Shown in pieces: positions 37,146 to 46,498 of a DNA stretch of 64,000 bases (positions are counted from its first letter, which is position 1; each line of letters begins with the position of its first letter). The position numbers were made by a program, and so were the translations under genes. The DNA is taken from the sequence record NC_104726.1. One strand, 5' to 3'. This DNA is from a phage. The notes beneath the pieces are model-generated. The model saw nothing but the letters and a program-made list of their open reading frames with translations, was not told the DNA's origin and made no database searches.

Positions 37146-37496
37146 TTATTTTGCATTCTTGCCTGTATTGCCGCCACGGTACCAGCGTTTGCGGTGAAAA
37201 TGGTAATAATCACCCTCGGCATTAAACATCAGATGATTTTCAATAACCAGCTTACGAAGGTGGGCCGGATCTTGTTCCATTCTTGCCAGATTCCGGCGGC
37301 TGTTACGTAAGCGTATAAATTCCATATTCAGGCCGTTGATTGCAGCATGGATGTCAAAGTAACCGCCTTTGAGACGTTCACGCATGGCGTTAAGCTCAAC
37401 ACAATATACAGATTTCTCACAAATCAAGGCATTAGCTAGGGCGCGGACCTGGGCAAGGGGGTTAAGCTCATTAAGGTAATATAGTTTGACTTTCAT
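37146..37496 (-). CDS. hypothetical protein
   Basis: Track ORF, co-oriented. Confidence 0.4.
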   Translation of the reverse strand: MKVKLYYLNELNPLAQVRALANALICEKSVYCVELNAMRERLKGGYFDIHAAINGLNMEFIRLRNSRRNLARMEQDPAHLRKLVIENHLMFNAEGDYYHFHRKRWYRGGNTGKNAK

Positions 37497-37513
37497 AAAA
37501 TCGCCTGCTGAAA

Positions 37514-37822
37514 TTAGTTTGAGAAAACATCGTTCACAATAGCGATCACAATGCCGCCCACCTTGTCACGGTCAACAATGCACAAATCACCATGGATCAT
37601 GCGGTAGTCTGGATGATCTTTCACAGAATAGTCAATAAGTGTTTTCTTGTCGTCCAGCTTCGTAACTTCCATTCTCATAACGATATGAGAATCATCAAAG
37701 GCATTATTCCGAAAAGTCATAGCCTGACCGCCAGGGCACCCGGTGATCTCCACTTCCACACCATCTACGATCTGACCATCAAAGAAATAAAGATTATTAG
37801 CCTGGATAAACATGTCTATCAC
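37514..37822 (-). CDS. hypothetical protein
   Basis: Track ORF; AAGGAG-like RBS. Confidence 0.4.
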   Translation of the reverse strand: MIDMFIQANNLYFFDGQIVDGVEVEITGCPGGQAMTFRNNAFDDSHIVMRMEVTKLDDKKTLIDYSVKDHPDYRMIHGDLCIVDRDKVGGIVIAIVNDVFSN

Positions 37823-37858
37823 TCCTTGTTAACTGCGTAGTATTTTAACAGGGTTTAA

Positions 37859-37894
37859 ATTTACTTTATTGATGGCCCTGGAGTCAAGGCCATC
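37859..37894 (-). promoter_or_regulatory. recurrent dyad-symmetric intergenic element, copy 1 (promoter/operator candidate)
   Basis: Minus strand GATGGCC-TTGACTCCAG-GGCCATC with TTGACT in the loop, then AATAAAGTAAAT; about 40 nt upstream of the 37822 start. Confidence 0.35.
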
Positions 37895-37906
37895 TAAAAA
37901 TAAATT

Positions 37907-38107
37907 TTACAGGCCTACAATCTCTTTGATTCGTTTTACTGCTGCCTCAGCGCCTTGGGGGTAGAAATTATGGTAACCGATCACGCGAGTGATACTAATC
38001 GCAGTTTGATGATCTTCATAATAGCCCTTGAAGATTTCTTGACCGTCAATCAGCACGGCAATTTTTTCTTCTTTTTTGAAGTTAATAACGCGGATATTGT
38101 TGCTCAT
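37907..38107 (-). CDS. hypothetical small protein
   Basis: Track ORF, co-oriented. Confidence 0.35.
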   Translation of the reverse strand: MSNNIRVINFKKEEKIAVLIDGQEIFKGYYEDHQTAISITRVIGYHNFYPQGAEAAVKRIKEIVGL

Positions 38108-38587
38108 TTTGTTTCTCCTTTCTGGTTTTTGTGTTGGTGGGGATTAGCTCCCCGTTGATTATTATTATCCATATTTCGGACCGGATTGCAACACCCCGGA
38201 AGAAAAATTTTTTGAAAAAGTTAGGCCCCCAGGGATCGGGGGCCGTTATCAGTTACTTACAGCGATAAAATACATCCCTACGCCTAACAATATTTCAAGG
38301 GCGATGATCTCAAGCCATACCATAACCCGGCGCACCTTATCGGTGCGGGGCTTATCCTTGGTTGTCATCGTCTCCCCCTTTCATCCTGGTAGTAGTGACG
38401 TGGTTTACAATGGCCCCCAGGAGTACCATCACCACGCACATCACAAGAAAAATTATCTCTGTCGTTGTTCGATCCATTGTTATAAAATTCCTTAAGATCA
38501 GGCCTGAAAATAAAGCGTTCGTTATTGAATCCATCACGCCAGGCGGCTGGCTTCAAATCTTCATCAAAGGGATTAATTAACGTGGTA

Positions 38588-38992
38588 TTATTTAAACGGC
38601 TGGCCCACATATTTTCTATTCCTCTCAAATAGGCGATCCGCCTCAGTTAAACAAATCTCATGGGCGTGATCTCTGGTTTTAGCTTCATCGAAAACCTGTT
38701 GTGCAAGGCTGCAGCGTAGGGAGACTGGAAGATCACTATAATAGGCGTTGACAAATGTTTGCGCGTCATACAGGTCGGAAAATACTTTACCCTTTCTATT
38801 ATCGCCTTTGTCAACAATTGCAAGGATAACAAGTACAATAGTTGCAACCACCCCCAGGAAAATAGATATAATAAACCATAAAAAGGCGGATCTACCCATC
38901 TTGCCAGCGATCCAGGCGTTAAACAAGGCAACTAATACGGCCAAAATAATAAATTCCATTCTATGTACCTCTTTTGCAGTTCTGTTTAACAA
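38588..38992 (-). CDS. membrane protein (two predicted TM helices)
   Basis: Hydrophobic N-terminal half; true start may be the internal MEFIILAV. Confidence 0.4.
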   Translation of the reverse strand: MLNRTAKEVHRMEFIILAVLVALFNAWIAGKMGRSAFLWFIISIFLGVVATIVLVILAIVDKGDNRKGKVFSDLYDAQTFVNAYYSDLPVSLRCSLAQQVFDEAKTRDHAHEICLTEADRLFERNRKYVGQPFK

Positions 38993-39023
38993 TAAGGCGG
39001 CAAATATGCCGCCTGTTACCTGA

Positions 39024-39404
39024 TTAAAAATTATCGCCGTAAATCTTTCCGCTTTCTGCCCACACCACCACGCGGGGCATACTATCCCACACGTCTTGTT
39101 TTAGATTGAGCGCGTGCAATTCTTCAGTGGTGCCCATACCAGGCACGGGCTGATTGTATACTGCAAAACGACCACCTGCATAATCATAGGCCAGGGTTAA
39201 ATCACACTGAATCATCTTTTTGATCATGGCGTTGAGCATAGCGTTAGCCGCATACTGGTCACGTTTTAAAGGCAACTCTTTGATTAGTTTGCGATAGTTT
39301 TCAATGTGATCGCACACTGTTTCACGTGGAAGATCTTTCATATCCTCGCGAAAGGTAACCAGGTTAAACATAACGGTGTCAATAGCTTTAGTAGTGTTTT
39401 TCAT
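39024..39404 (-). CDS. hypothetical protein
   Basis: Track ORF, co-oriented. Confidence 0.4.
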   Translation of the reverse strand: MKNTTKAIDTVMFNLVTFREDMKDLPRETVCDHIENYRKLIKELPLKRDQYAANAMLNAMIKKMIQCDLTLAYDYAGGRFAVYNQPVPGMGTTEELHALNLKQDVWDSMPRVVVWAESGKIYGDNF

Positions 39405-39494
39405 AATGTTTTCCTCTTTGTTTTGTGTGGGGCAAACGTCTTGCCCCCCTTGAGTTTTAATATAGCAGGTTTTTAGATTATTGCAACACTTTAT

Positions 39495-40118
39495 TTATGA
39501 AAAACTCATCTCTCCATATTCATCCACATCAAACCGCCAATCATTGGCCTCAATAAGGCCGATCAGGTTTTCGGTAGTGAACTGTTCTAGATAGGCCTCC
39601 TCCAGGTCTACGTAAACCTTGCGGGATAGCTCCCGTACCGTCTCGGTGATCAGCTCTTCCAGGTCTTCCACTTTGTTTTCTTGTTTGGCGGTCAGATCTA
39701 GCCAGGTGGTATCAATGTATCCGCTTACAGTGTTTTCATGGCTGTAATGGCTGTACTTGTCGCGTTCAACACTGGCTGATAACTCGCCATCGTGCATTGT
39801 GCCGAACAAGTGACGAATTGATCGGAACTTGGTCAGGGCCTTTACTTTACGCAAAAATTTTTCTAAATCCACGTTTTCAGCACTGATTGACGCGCCGTCA
39901 CCCTGGCACCAAAAGCCGGACCAATGTACTTTGGTATCTTCAAGGCCGTACTCTGGAAAGATATATTCTTTGTAGTGTTCAATTACACTTTCTGCAAAAA
40001 AGTCATCCCCGCTGTGTTCTTCTCTTTCGCGTACCATTTCAATGGCTTTTTCTTTTTGTTCGTCGGTCAGCACGTCGAAAGATAAATTGTAACCTGTGGT
40101 AATGTTAACGGTGGTCAT
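39495..40118 (-). CDS. hypothetical acidic protein
   Basis: Track ORF (207 aa); HWSGFWCQGDGASI motif, family not recognised. Confidence 0.45.
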   Translation of the reverse strand: MTTVNITTGYNLSFDVLTDEQKEKAIEMVREREEHSGDDFFAESVIEHYKEYIFPEYGLEDTKVHWSGFWCQGDGASISAENVDLEKFLRKVKALTKFRSIRHLFGTMHDGELSASVERDKYSHYSHENTVSGYIDTTWLDLTAKQENKVEDLEELITETVRELSRKVYVDLEEAYLEQFTTENLIGLIEANDWRFDVDEYGEMSFS

Positions 40119-40192
40119 GATATTTTCTCCTGTTTTCTTTGTTAGTGGCGGTAAGTTTTCCCGCCTGTGTGTTTAATTATACTTATTGAGAT

Positions 40193-40453
40193 TTACTTGT
40201 CAACACTATTTTTTAAATTATTGTGGCGCAAAATGTTTAAAATCTCCTCAACGTCATCAACACGGCGGCAATTTTTAAACGCTACCAATTGCCCCATGAT
40301 TTTAATCACTGGGCGGCCTTGCCAGTGCCCCTGGAGAAAGCGCGCCTTGACTTTATCGGTGGAACTATCACGCCACCAAATGGCCTTGTTGTTGCAGTAG
40401 TAAAAATTATTCAGGACAACATCAACTTTATCAAAATTTTTTAATTTACGCAT
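40193..40453 (-). CDS. hypothetical small protein
   Basis: Track ORF, co-oriented. Confidence 0.35.
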   Translation of the reverse strand: MRKLKNFDKVDVVLNNFYYCNNKAIWWRDSSTDKVKARFLQGHWQGRPVIKIMGQLVAFKNCRRVDDVEEILNILRHNNLKNSVDK

Positions 40454-40694
40454 GGCGTTTACGCCTTTCTCTCTTTGATGTGGTTAGTATAGCTAACCTG
40501 TTTAAGATGTCAAGCTTTAAATAAAATCACTGTCAATGATATTTTTAACGCCATAAAACGGCCCTAAGCGATGTTTTCAGGTTAAAGGGGGGCGATTGCA
40601 TAGGTGGGGCCTTTTTGGCGCTTACAGGGCCAACCAGGGGCGCTATTCGTAGGATAGAAATAAAAAGCCCCGCACAATGGCGGGGCGTTGGTTG

Positions 40695-40916
40695 TTATTT
40701 GTCTTTATGGCGGTATCGTTCTGCCTGTCGTTCACGTTCCAAAAGTAGGCCAGGCAATTTACGATCATAATGATTTCGCCAGATCTTTCCAAATCTTTTT
40801 GGCTTATTCAGTTTATTGTTACGCTGGCGTCGTTCCGGCAGCTCTTCGGAATCATGAGATCGCTTTACAATCTTCTCAAAATTAATCTTCATATATTCCC
40901 CCCTTGCTAACTTCAA
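40695..40916 (-). CDS. hypothetical basic small protein
   Basis: Track ORF; arginine/lysine-rich. Confidence 0.3.
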   Translation of the reverse strand: MKLARGEYMKINFEKIVKRSHDSEELPERRQRNNKLNKPKRFGKIWRNHYDRKLPGLLLERERQAERYRHKDK

Positions 40917-41253
40917 TATTGGCCTGAATCGCCCGGATACGCCGTTTTATAACCTCCTGATCCTTGCAATCATATCCCCAAAAGTCTACGATTTTTGCGC
41001 CTCCAGCCTTTAGGCGGTATAGTGTTTCTTGCATCTTGTAAGCCGGGATCGGTCGCGGTGTTACCTGGTCTCCTTTCTCATCCTTGTACTTGATAATATA
41101 GTCTTCATTGTCGTTGAATACCCAAAATGGGTATTCTGTGAGCGCGTTGCTCTCTTTCTCGTTTTTAGATTGGATCTTGTTTACAATTAAAGCCGTAGCA
41201 ATAGCGCCAATAATAAAACTAGCCCCGCTGATCATGTTACTTTCTCCTTTCAT
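40882..41253 (-). CDS. membrane-anchored protein
   Basis: N-terminal hydrophobic segment ISGASFIIGAIATALIV. Confidence 0.4.
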   Translation of the reverse strand: MKGESNMISGASFIIGAIATALIVNKIQSKNEKESNALTEYPFWVFNDNEDYIIKYKDEKGDQVTPRPIPAYKMQETLYRLKAGGAKIVDFWGYDCKDQEVIKRRIRAIQANIEVSKGGIYED

Positions 41254-41311
41254 GGTGTTAATAAACTATCTTTATAGATGGCCCTGCCACCAGGGCCACC
41301 GAAAAAACAGC

Positions 41312-41557
41312 TTATTTGACAATACCGACAAAACAGATCCCACCTTCCCCAACATAGGCGATGTCGGTAACCTTATAATTGGTTAAGATCTGCTTATTTA
41401 GTTCATTAATAAAATCGGTCATCGCGTTGGTGTAGTTGTCTTCCATGTCTAGGGAATAATCCCAGGTGTAAACCTTTTTACGTCCGAAGCCTTTTACCAT
41501 GATACGGGCGCTTTTGGTGTTGGTAGGGGCGTAATATTTGGTAATTAGTGCGGCCAT
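41312..41557 (-). CDS. hypothetical small protein
   Basis: Track ORF, co-oriented. Confidence 0.35.
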   Translation of the reverse strand: MAALITKYYAPTNTKSARIMVKGFGRKKVYTWDYSLDMEDNYTNAMTDFINELNKQILTNYKVTDIAYVGEGGICFVGIVK

Positions 41558-41598
41558 GGTTTTAACTCCTATGCATTAGTTCAGTGTTAACAGTATAA

Positions 41599-41635
41599 AG
41601 TTTACTTTATTGATGGCCCTGGTGTCAAGGCCATC
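41599..41635 (-). promoter_or_regulatory. recurrent dyad-symmetric intergenic element, copy 2
   Basis: GATGGCCCTGGTGTCAAGGCCATC at 41612-41635 with the same flanks as copies 1 and 3. Confidence 0.35.
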
Positions 41636-41646
41636 TAAAAATAATC

Positions 41647-41988
41647 TTACTCGTTTTCTTCCAGCTCCGCAAGCTCTTCTTTTGCTTCTTCCAACTCTGT
41701 CTGTAATTCCTGGTATTCTTCATCGTCCTCAATATCCAGGCTGTCGATGTAGTCGCTAAATCCGCAGCGGTAAGCGATAGGATCTAGCTCCTTGAGGATA
41801 CGCGACGGAAGAAAAGAAATGTTTCCGATCATAATTTCGCCGTAGATCTCGTCTAACCATTCATCATAGTTTTCGTCGTACTTGTCCTCGTCGATTTCAA
41901 AGTTATCGATCTTGTTCTCAAGGTCTGCGATCTGTTTTTTCAGCGCGGCGATCTGCATAGCTTTATCTGCGGCGGTCATAGTAGTCAT
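41647..41988 (-). CDS. hypothetical acidic coiled-coil protein
   Basis: Track ORF; very acidic C-terminus. Confidence 0.4.
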   Translation of the reverse strand: MTTMTAADKAMQIAALKKQIADLENKIDNFEIDEDKYDENYDEWLDEIYGEIMIGNISFLPSRILKELDPIAYRCGFSDYIDSLDIEDDEEYQELQTELEEAKEELAELEENE

Positions 41989-42218
41989 GGTGTTTTCTCC
42001 TTTTGTGTGTTCTGGGAAGTTTTCCCGTTTATGTGGTTAGTATACTGATCTAAGTTAGCTTGTCAATTAAAAGTTTAAGAAAAATTTTGCGATACCGTTG
42101 GCGCTACCCATCAACATTTGCGCCAGGATGTAACCAATGATGCAAACGATAATAGTTACCTTTGTGTGCTGGCGTGTAGTACTCATCTTTAAGCCCCCTT
42201 TCCGCTCAACTGTGGTTA

Positions 42219-42254
42219 GTTTACTTTATTGATGGCCCTGGAGTCAAGGCCATC
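42219..42254 (-). promoter_or_regulatory. recurrent dyad-symmetric intergenic element, copy 3
   Basis: GATGGCCCTGGAGTCAAGGCCATC at 42231-42254, identical to copy 1. Confidence 0.35.
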
Positions 42255-42265
42255 TAAAAATAAAC

Positions 42266-42661
42266 TCAGTAAGTTTTCAGTACTTTCCCGTCCAATCTGT
42301 CAAGCTGGATCTCGATAGCTGCAGAAAACCTATTATAAACCACATCGCCCATGGAGTCCAGCCAATCTATGACGTTATACACCTGCTCTTTATTCTTGCA
42401 AGTCCGGATCCGTTTCATTACGTAAGACGGATCAATATTAGTGCTCTCGTTGTTGTGGTCATGCGCCTGGCCTGCTGCATTAGCTATAGATTTTACAACC
42501 ACCTGAAAGGGCTTTAAGGTGCCTTTTGCGTTCATCTCACGCGCTTTTGCGGCGCGGTTGTTATATGTTACACAACGGCGGCAAATGTTGACCAAATGCA
42601 TATCAATAATTTTTTCATCGTTTGCCAGTTCGTTCATGATGCGGCGTACGTTCTTATTCAT
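42266..42661 (-). CDS. hypothetical protein
   Basis: Track ORF, co-oriented. Confidence 0.4.
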   Translation of the reverse strand: MNKNVRRIMNELANDEKIIDMHLVNICRRCVTYNNRAAKAREMNAKGTLKPFQVVVKSIANAAGQAHDHNNESTNIDPSYVMKRIRTCKNKEQVYNVIDWLDSMGDVVYNRFSAAIEIQLDRLDGKVLKTY

Positions 42662-42745
42662 GATCTTTTTCCTTTGTGTTGGCGGGAAACATTCCCGCCT
42701 TTTGTGTCTAGTTTACTTTAATTTTGCAGCGTGTCAATAATTTTT

Positions 42746-43144
42746 TTATTCGTGGGCACATGTTACAATGTGCTTTTTATAGCCTAGGTGGTTAGCAAGT
42801 GCCGACAAAAACTCTTCTTCATAGATCCAGCCGTTGGCAGTGATCCCCATAGCATTTAATGCGCTCTCAAGTGCTGCGTTAGCTTTATCATAACCGTGAC
42901 CGCTCGCCTTGCCGCCAGTATAACCGTACTTATTGTTCTTGTTGTCGTGCATCCAAAAAACGCAGTAGTTAGTGTTACCGCTGGCGGCGGCATAGTACCG
43001 GATCTCCGCTACTTCGTGCAAATTATTATCATCGTCCAGGCCAACCAGATTATAAGCCTTGTAAAATCCACGATCACGGCGGCAGTTCTTGACATCAGAA
43101 AAAGAGAAGTCGGCATTATCAAAATTAAAGGTAGTGGTTTTCAT
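42746..43144 (-). CDS. hypothetical protein
   Basis: Track ORF, co-oriented. Confidence 0.4.
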   Translation of the reverse strand: MKTTTFNFDNADFSFSDVKNCRRDRGFYKAYNLVGLDDDNNLHEVAEIRYYAAASGNTNYCVFWMHDNKNNKYGYTGGKASGHGYDKANAALESALNAMGITANGWIYEEEFLSALANHLGYKKHIVTCAHE

Positions 43145-43207
43145 GATTTTATCCTCTTAGTGTCTTTTGCGATTTCAGTATATTTTGTGTCAGACCATAT
43201 GTCAACA

Positions 43208-43405
43208 TTATTTTTTATTAAACCAGTGGTTGATCTGACCTTTTGTCAGGGCGCAACGGTTAAGCTGTTGCAGGGTATAGCTATGACCGCGACGAAATTT
43301 ATAAAGGCCTTGCCCGTTGTTGATGGTTACATCCACCCGGCAAATCACTTGATTGGTGACCACCTGGCGAGTGTTGCGACGTACTTTAATTCCGTAGGCG
43401 TTCAT
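43208..43405 (-). CDS. hypothetical small basic protein
   Basis: Track ORF, co-oriented. Confidence 0.3.
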   Translation of the reverse strand: MNAYGIKVRRNTRQVVTNQVICRVDVTINNGQGLYKFRRGHSYTLQQLNRCALTKGQINHWFNKK

Positions 43406-43483
43406 GATTTTTTATCCTCTCTGTTAATTGGTGTGGTGTTGTTCACCTTGCGAGGATAAGAATAACAAGAACTGTCCGAGCTG

Positions 43484-43666
43484 TCAACCATTAGTTAAAA
43501 TTATTTTTGGGTAGAATTCTCCAGCCGCCGCCCCTGCCAGGTTAACCATCATTTTTTCGTACTCTTCTTTATGTTCCAACGCTCCCGCCATAGCCTTTTC
43601 AACCAGGGCGATAGCCTCAGCGTCATTAATAGCTACATTTTCCAGGGGGATCATATTACCTTCCAT
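43484..43666 (-). CDS. hypothetical small protein
   Basis: GAGGAGG RBS 8 nt upstream on the minus strand. Confidence 0.35.
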   Translation of the reverse strand: MEGNMIPLENVAINDAEAIALVEKAMAGALEHKEEYEKMMVNLAGAAAGEFYPKIILTNG

Positions 43667-43696
43667 TTTTGTACCTCCTCTTCAATTGTTACCTAT

Positions 43697-43725
43697 CCTA
43701 TAGCATAGGCCCACCAGGTTTGCAA
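43697..43725 (-). promoter_or_regulatory. sigma70-like promoter candidate for the leftward array (TTGCAA-17-TATAGG)
   Basis: Minus-strand -35 at 43720-43725, -10 at 43697-43702, about 30 nt upstream of the 43666 start. Confidence 0.3.
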
Positions 43726-43879
43726 GCCTTCATTATCTCCTACCTGGTCAGTTAGGCCCTGCCAGGCTGGCCCCGCCAGGTTGCAGCGGTCAGCGCATCA
43801 GGTTAGAATTTTTTTTTTGAAAAGTGTTGACAGCGGCCCCGCCAGGTGGCAAAATATACCTATCGAAAGGACGGCAGGC

Positions 43880-44100
43880 ACCGGTGACGGGGGAGACAAC
43901 CACCGGGGATGGGCGCTGCATGAAATGAGAACGATTATCATTATCGTCTAAAAATTTATGCAAAAACTTCTTGCTTTCTTTGTCCTGTGTGTTACTATAA
44001 TAACAAGCCGGGGCAGTAGGGGCCGGGAGACAATCACCGGGCCTGCCCGTTATTCTGCAAACGAGAATGATTATCATTCAAAATTCTAAATGAGAACTCC
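43880..44100. repeat. two GC-rich direct repeats with an operator-like palindrome
   Basis: GGGAGACAACCACCGGGG...AAATGAGAACGATTATCATT (43891-43942) vs GGGAGACAATCACCGGG...AAACGAGAATGATTATCATT (44024-44079); palindrome GAATGAT-T-ATCATTC at 44064-44078. Confidence 0.45.
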
Positions 44101-44189
44101 TCGCATTTAATAAATTTAATTAGCACGCTAATTACCCTCCGTAACAATTTCCTATAAAATAGTATCCACTAAAATATTCCCATATAGAA

Positions 44190-44640
44190 ATTTTAAAAAT
44201 CCATTTCTGAAAACGAAAAATCGATTTCGTCCCCAAAAATTTCAGGCCAAGAGCCGGAGCGATTTCCAGAAAATCCGATTCAGAAAACGAAAAACAGATC
44301 AAGTACTGAGAAATTTATCGAGAAAAATTTTCAGAAAATCCAAGCCCTGAAATGAAAAGTAGATCGAGTACCTGGAAAGCTGCACCGCAACTTCAAGATA
44401 GTGGTTAGATTGTTACCATAGAAGGTCAAGGGTAAGTGGAGGAAGTTCTAGTAGAGGGAGGTTAGCATGTGTGGGAAATCTATAATGGTGGCCTGGAATA
44501 TGGTGCAAACGATAGGATGAGTTATTCAGCTTGTCGCGCCTACTCTGAAAAATCCATTTTAGTTTTCGATCCATTTTCTGATTTTCTAAGAATTTTAAAA
44601 TATCTGGCCCGGTGAAATATCAAAAGGAGGAAATCCATTT
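44190..44640. repeat. degenerate tandem repeats of about 65-72 bp, each with a GATC
   Basis: Three adjacent copies of AGAAAATCC...CTGAAAACGAAAAA..GATC.AGTAC (44196, 44268, 44333) plus AAATCCATTTTAG remnants at 44540 and 44611. Confidence 0.45.
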
Positions 44641-44683
44641 TAGAAATCCCCCTTATACTTGATATGCCAGGAATTTTCAAGTA

Positions 44684-45013
44684 TCAGCTGTCTTTGTTTT
44701 TAGGTTTGTACATGCGCAGAGGTATGGTCTTTGTAACATTCCATTTCCTCAACCCTTCCCAGCTCCAGTTGTGGGCGTGATACCCGGTTATGCATGCACT
44801 GCTGGCGTGATCATAAGCATAAGAGAACGCTATGTGCACCAGGTGGGGCCAGTCCTTCCACGGCTGTGGACCGTAAGCCTTTCTCCAACACCGACACAAA
44901 CTAATTGTCTCAAGAATAGGGAGAATAACAATTCCATATACCACCACCAGAATGGTCAGTGCAATGATTGTCAGGAACACATACCCTGCAGTTGAAATGA
45001 TGATCTCTGTCAT
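44684..45013 (-). CDS. membrane protein
   Basis: N-terminal hydrophobic helices. Confidence 0.4.
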   Translation of the reverse strand: MTEIIISTAGYVFLTIIALTILVVVYGIVILPILETISLCRCWRKAYGPQPWKDWPHLVHIAFSYAYDHASSACITGYHAHNWSWEGLRKWNVTKTIPLRMYKPKNKDS

Positions 45014-45213
45014 TTGTCGTCCCCTTTCTTACGAATATAGATGTGAGAGCCTGCCTGTATATAAATTTCTCGACCATCCTCTGCAAAGATATGAAATACA
45101 CGATCACCTTCGTACTCGATACGAGATATCTTCATAATGGTCTTTCCACCTGGGATACGGATCTCGTCCCCCACAGCGATGTTCCATGCAGATTTAAGCT
45201 TAAACATCTGCAC
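45010..45213 (-). CDS. hypothetical small protein
   Basis: Track ORF, ATGA-type overlap. Confidence 0.35.
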   Translation of the reverse strand: MQMFKLKSAWNIAVGDEIRIPGGKTIMKISRIEYEGDRVFHIFAEDGREIYIQAGSHIYIRKKGDDK

Positions 45214-45445
45214 CCTCCTTTGGGAACTTGAACTCTGGCATAGCCATATACGCTACAACAGGGTTGTGATCAAAGTAGAACTGACCGTTAATTATCCCGG
45301 TTTTGTCCACATAGTTACCAGATCCTGCAAGAACAACCTCGCAAGCTCCGAAATCCACATTGCCATCCTCATCAGCCATGGCTACGATATACTTTCCAAG
45401 AGGCATGTTTTTAACGCCGTCTACAAATGTCCACTCTGTGTTCAT
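45200..45445 (-). CDS. hypothetical small protein
   Basis: Track ORF, co-oriented. Confidence 0.35.
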   Translation of the reverse strand: MNTEWTFVDGVKNMPLGKYIVAMADEDGNVDFGACEVVLAGSGNYVDKTGIINGQFYFDHNPVVAYMAMPEFKFPKEGADV

Positions 45446-45454
45446 ACTTTACCC

Positions 45455-45787
45455 TTAAGGTAGCCAGTAAACAATCTCGCCTTTCAGCTTCATATCGTTT
45501 CCAACATAAATTTCCCAGCCATCCATCTTAGCAACTGTAGGCCCAAAGTCATCCGCACCCCTTACCTCTTTCCAGGCTCCGTAGTCAGGTTGCCAGATAT
45601 AGAATCCACCTTCTTTGTCCCATGCTCCGTACACTACGTTTAACAGGTTTCCCATTGCAACAATGGTGGGCCGTGGGAATAATACATCTACAGATGCGCC
45701 ACAATTTCGGGTATCTTTTAAGTTGCAATCCCAAAAGATGTCTGCCAGTGTGGCGGCGATAGCTTTACGTCTTTCCAAAGTTACCAT
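45455..45787 (-). CDS. hypothetical protein
   Basis: Track ORF, co-oriented. Confidence 0.4.
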   Translation of the reverse strand: MVTLERRKAIAATLADIFWDCNLKDTRNCGASVDVLFPRPTIVAMGNLLNVVYGAWDKEGGFYIWQPDYGAWKEVRGADDFGPTVAKMDGWEIYVGNDMKLKGEIVYWLP

Positions 45788-45797
45788 GGCACGATAC

Positions 45798-45989
45798 TCA
45801 CTTGTTGTTAAGAAGTTCTAAAACTTTCTGTTTTACTTTATCAAGATCTGTTGATTCAAAAACTGTGCGATATCCCCAACTTTGCCCGTAGGAGTGACTG
45901 CAATCCCCGTAGCACCATTGCTCAATTTGATAGTATTCAAGGAAGGGGTGCTGTCTAACTATGATACCATCCCGGTTAAAAATTACCAT
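45798..45989 (-). CDS. hypothetical small protein
   Basis: Track ORF, co-oriented. Confidence 0.3.
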   Translation of the reverse strand: MVIFNRDGIIVRQHPFLEYYQIEQWCYGDCSHSYGQSWGYRTVFESTDLDKVKQKVLELLNNK

Positions 45990-46052
45990 AATACATCACT
46001 CTCTGTTAGTTTATGCATATATTATACACTGCAGTTTTCAGATGTCAATCTT

Positions 46053-46304
46053 TTACAGGTTACTCCAGTATAATCGGCATTTACATTTTGGGCAATGAGG
46101 TTCTTTTATGTAATAACCATCAGTCTTTGGAACACTTTTTGGTGCAGTTTTAAGATTGTACCGAGTAAAACACCGGAAGCAGGTTACCTCTCCAACCTGT
46201 TGATCGTTTATCCACTCGCCAGAGTAAAGCTCTCTCTTGTTTCTCATAATTCTCTCCCAAATCCTCTGCAATCTTATACCAAAATCTCCAGCCAGAAAGC
46301 ACAC
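46053..46304 (-). CDS. small zinc-ribbon protein
   Basis: CFRC...CPKCKC cysteine pairs. Confidence 0.35.
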   Translation of the reverse strand: MCFLAGDFGIRLQRIWERIMRNKRELYSGEWINDQQVGEVTCFRCFTRYNLKTAPKSVPKTDGYYIKEPHCPKCKCRLYWSNL

Positions 46305-46498
46305 GGGAACATTTTGATGATTGAATCTTTACCTGGTTCAGTAGTTCTTTTTCCGTATGGTAGGTAGAAATACACTCCTGCAGATTCGAACACAGCCCCT
46401 TCGGTCGTATCTATCACAGCCAGAATTAAGATTTTAGTCTCCACAGCGCTCTCCTCTCTTAGTCGTTGTGGAAACTATATCACCTCAGAAGATGGTCG

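Noticed and set aside
42896-43459. 187 aa + strand ORF within the minus-strand gene array
   Set aside because: Antisense to two co-oriented minus-strand genes, hydrophobic low-complexity translation, no RBS; shadow ORF.
44190-44640. Possible CRISPR array in the tandem-repeat region
   Set aside because: Repeats are degenerate and about 65-72 bp long, with no unique spacers of uniform length and no cas genes nearby.
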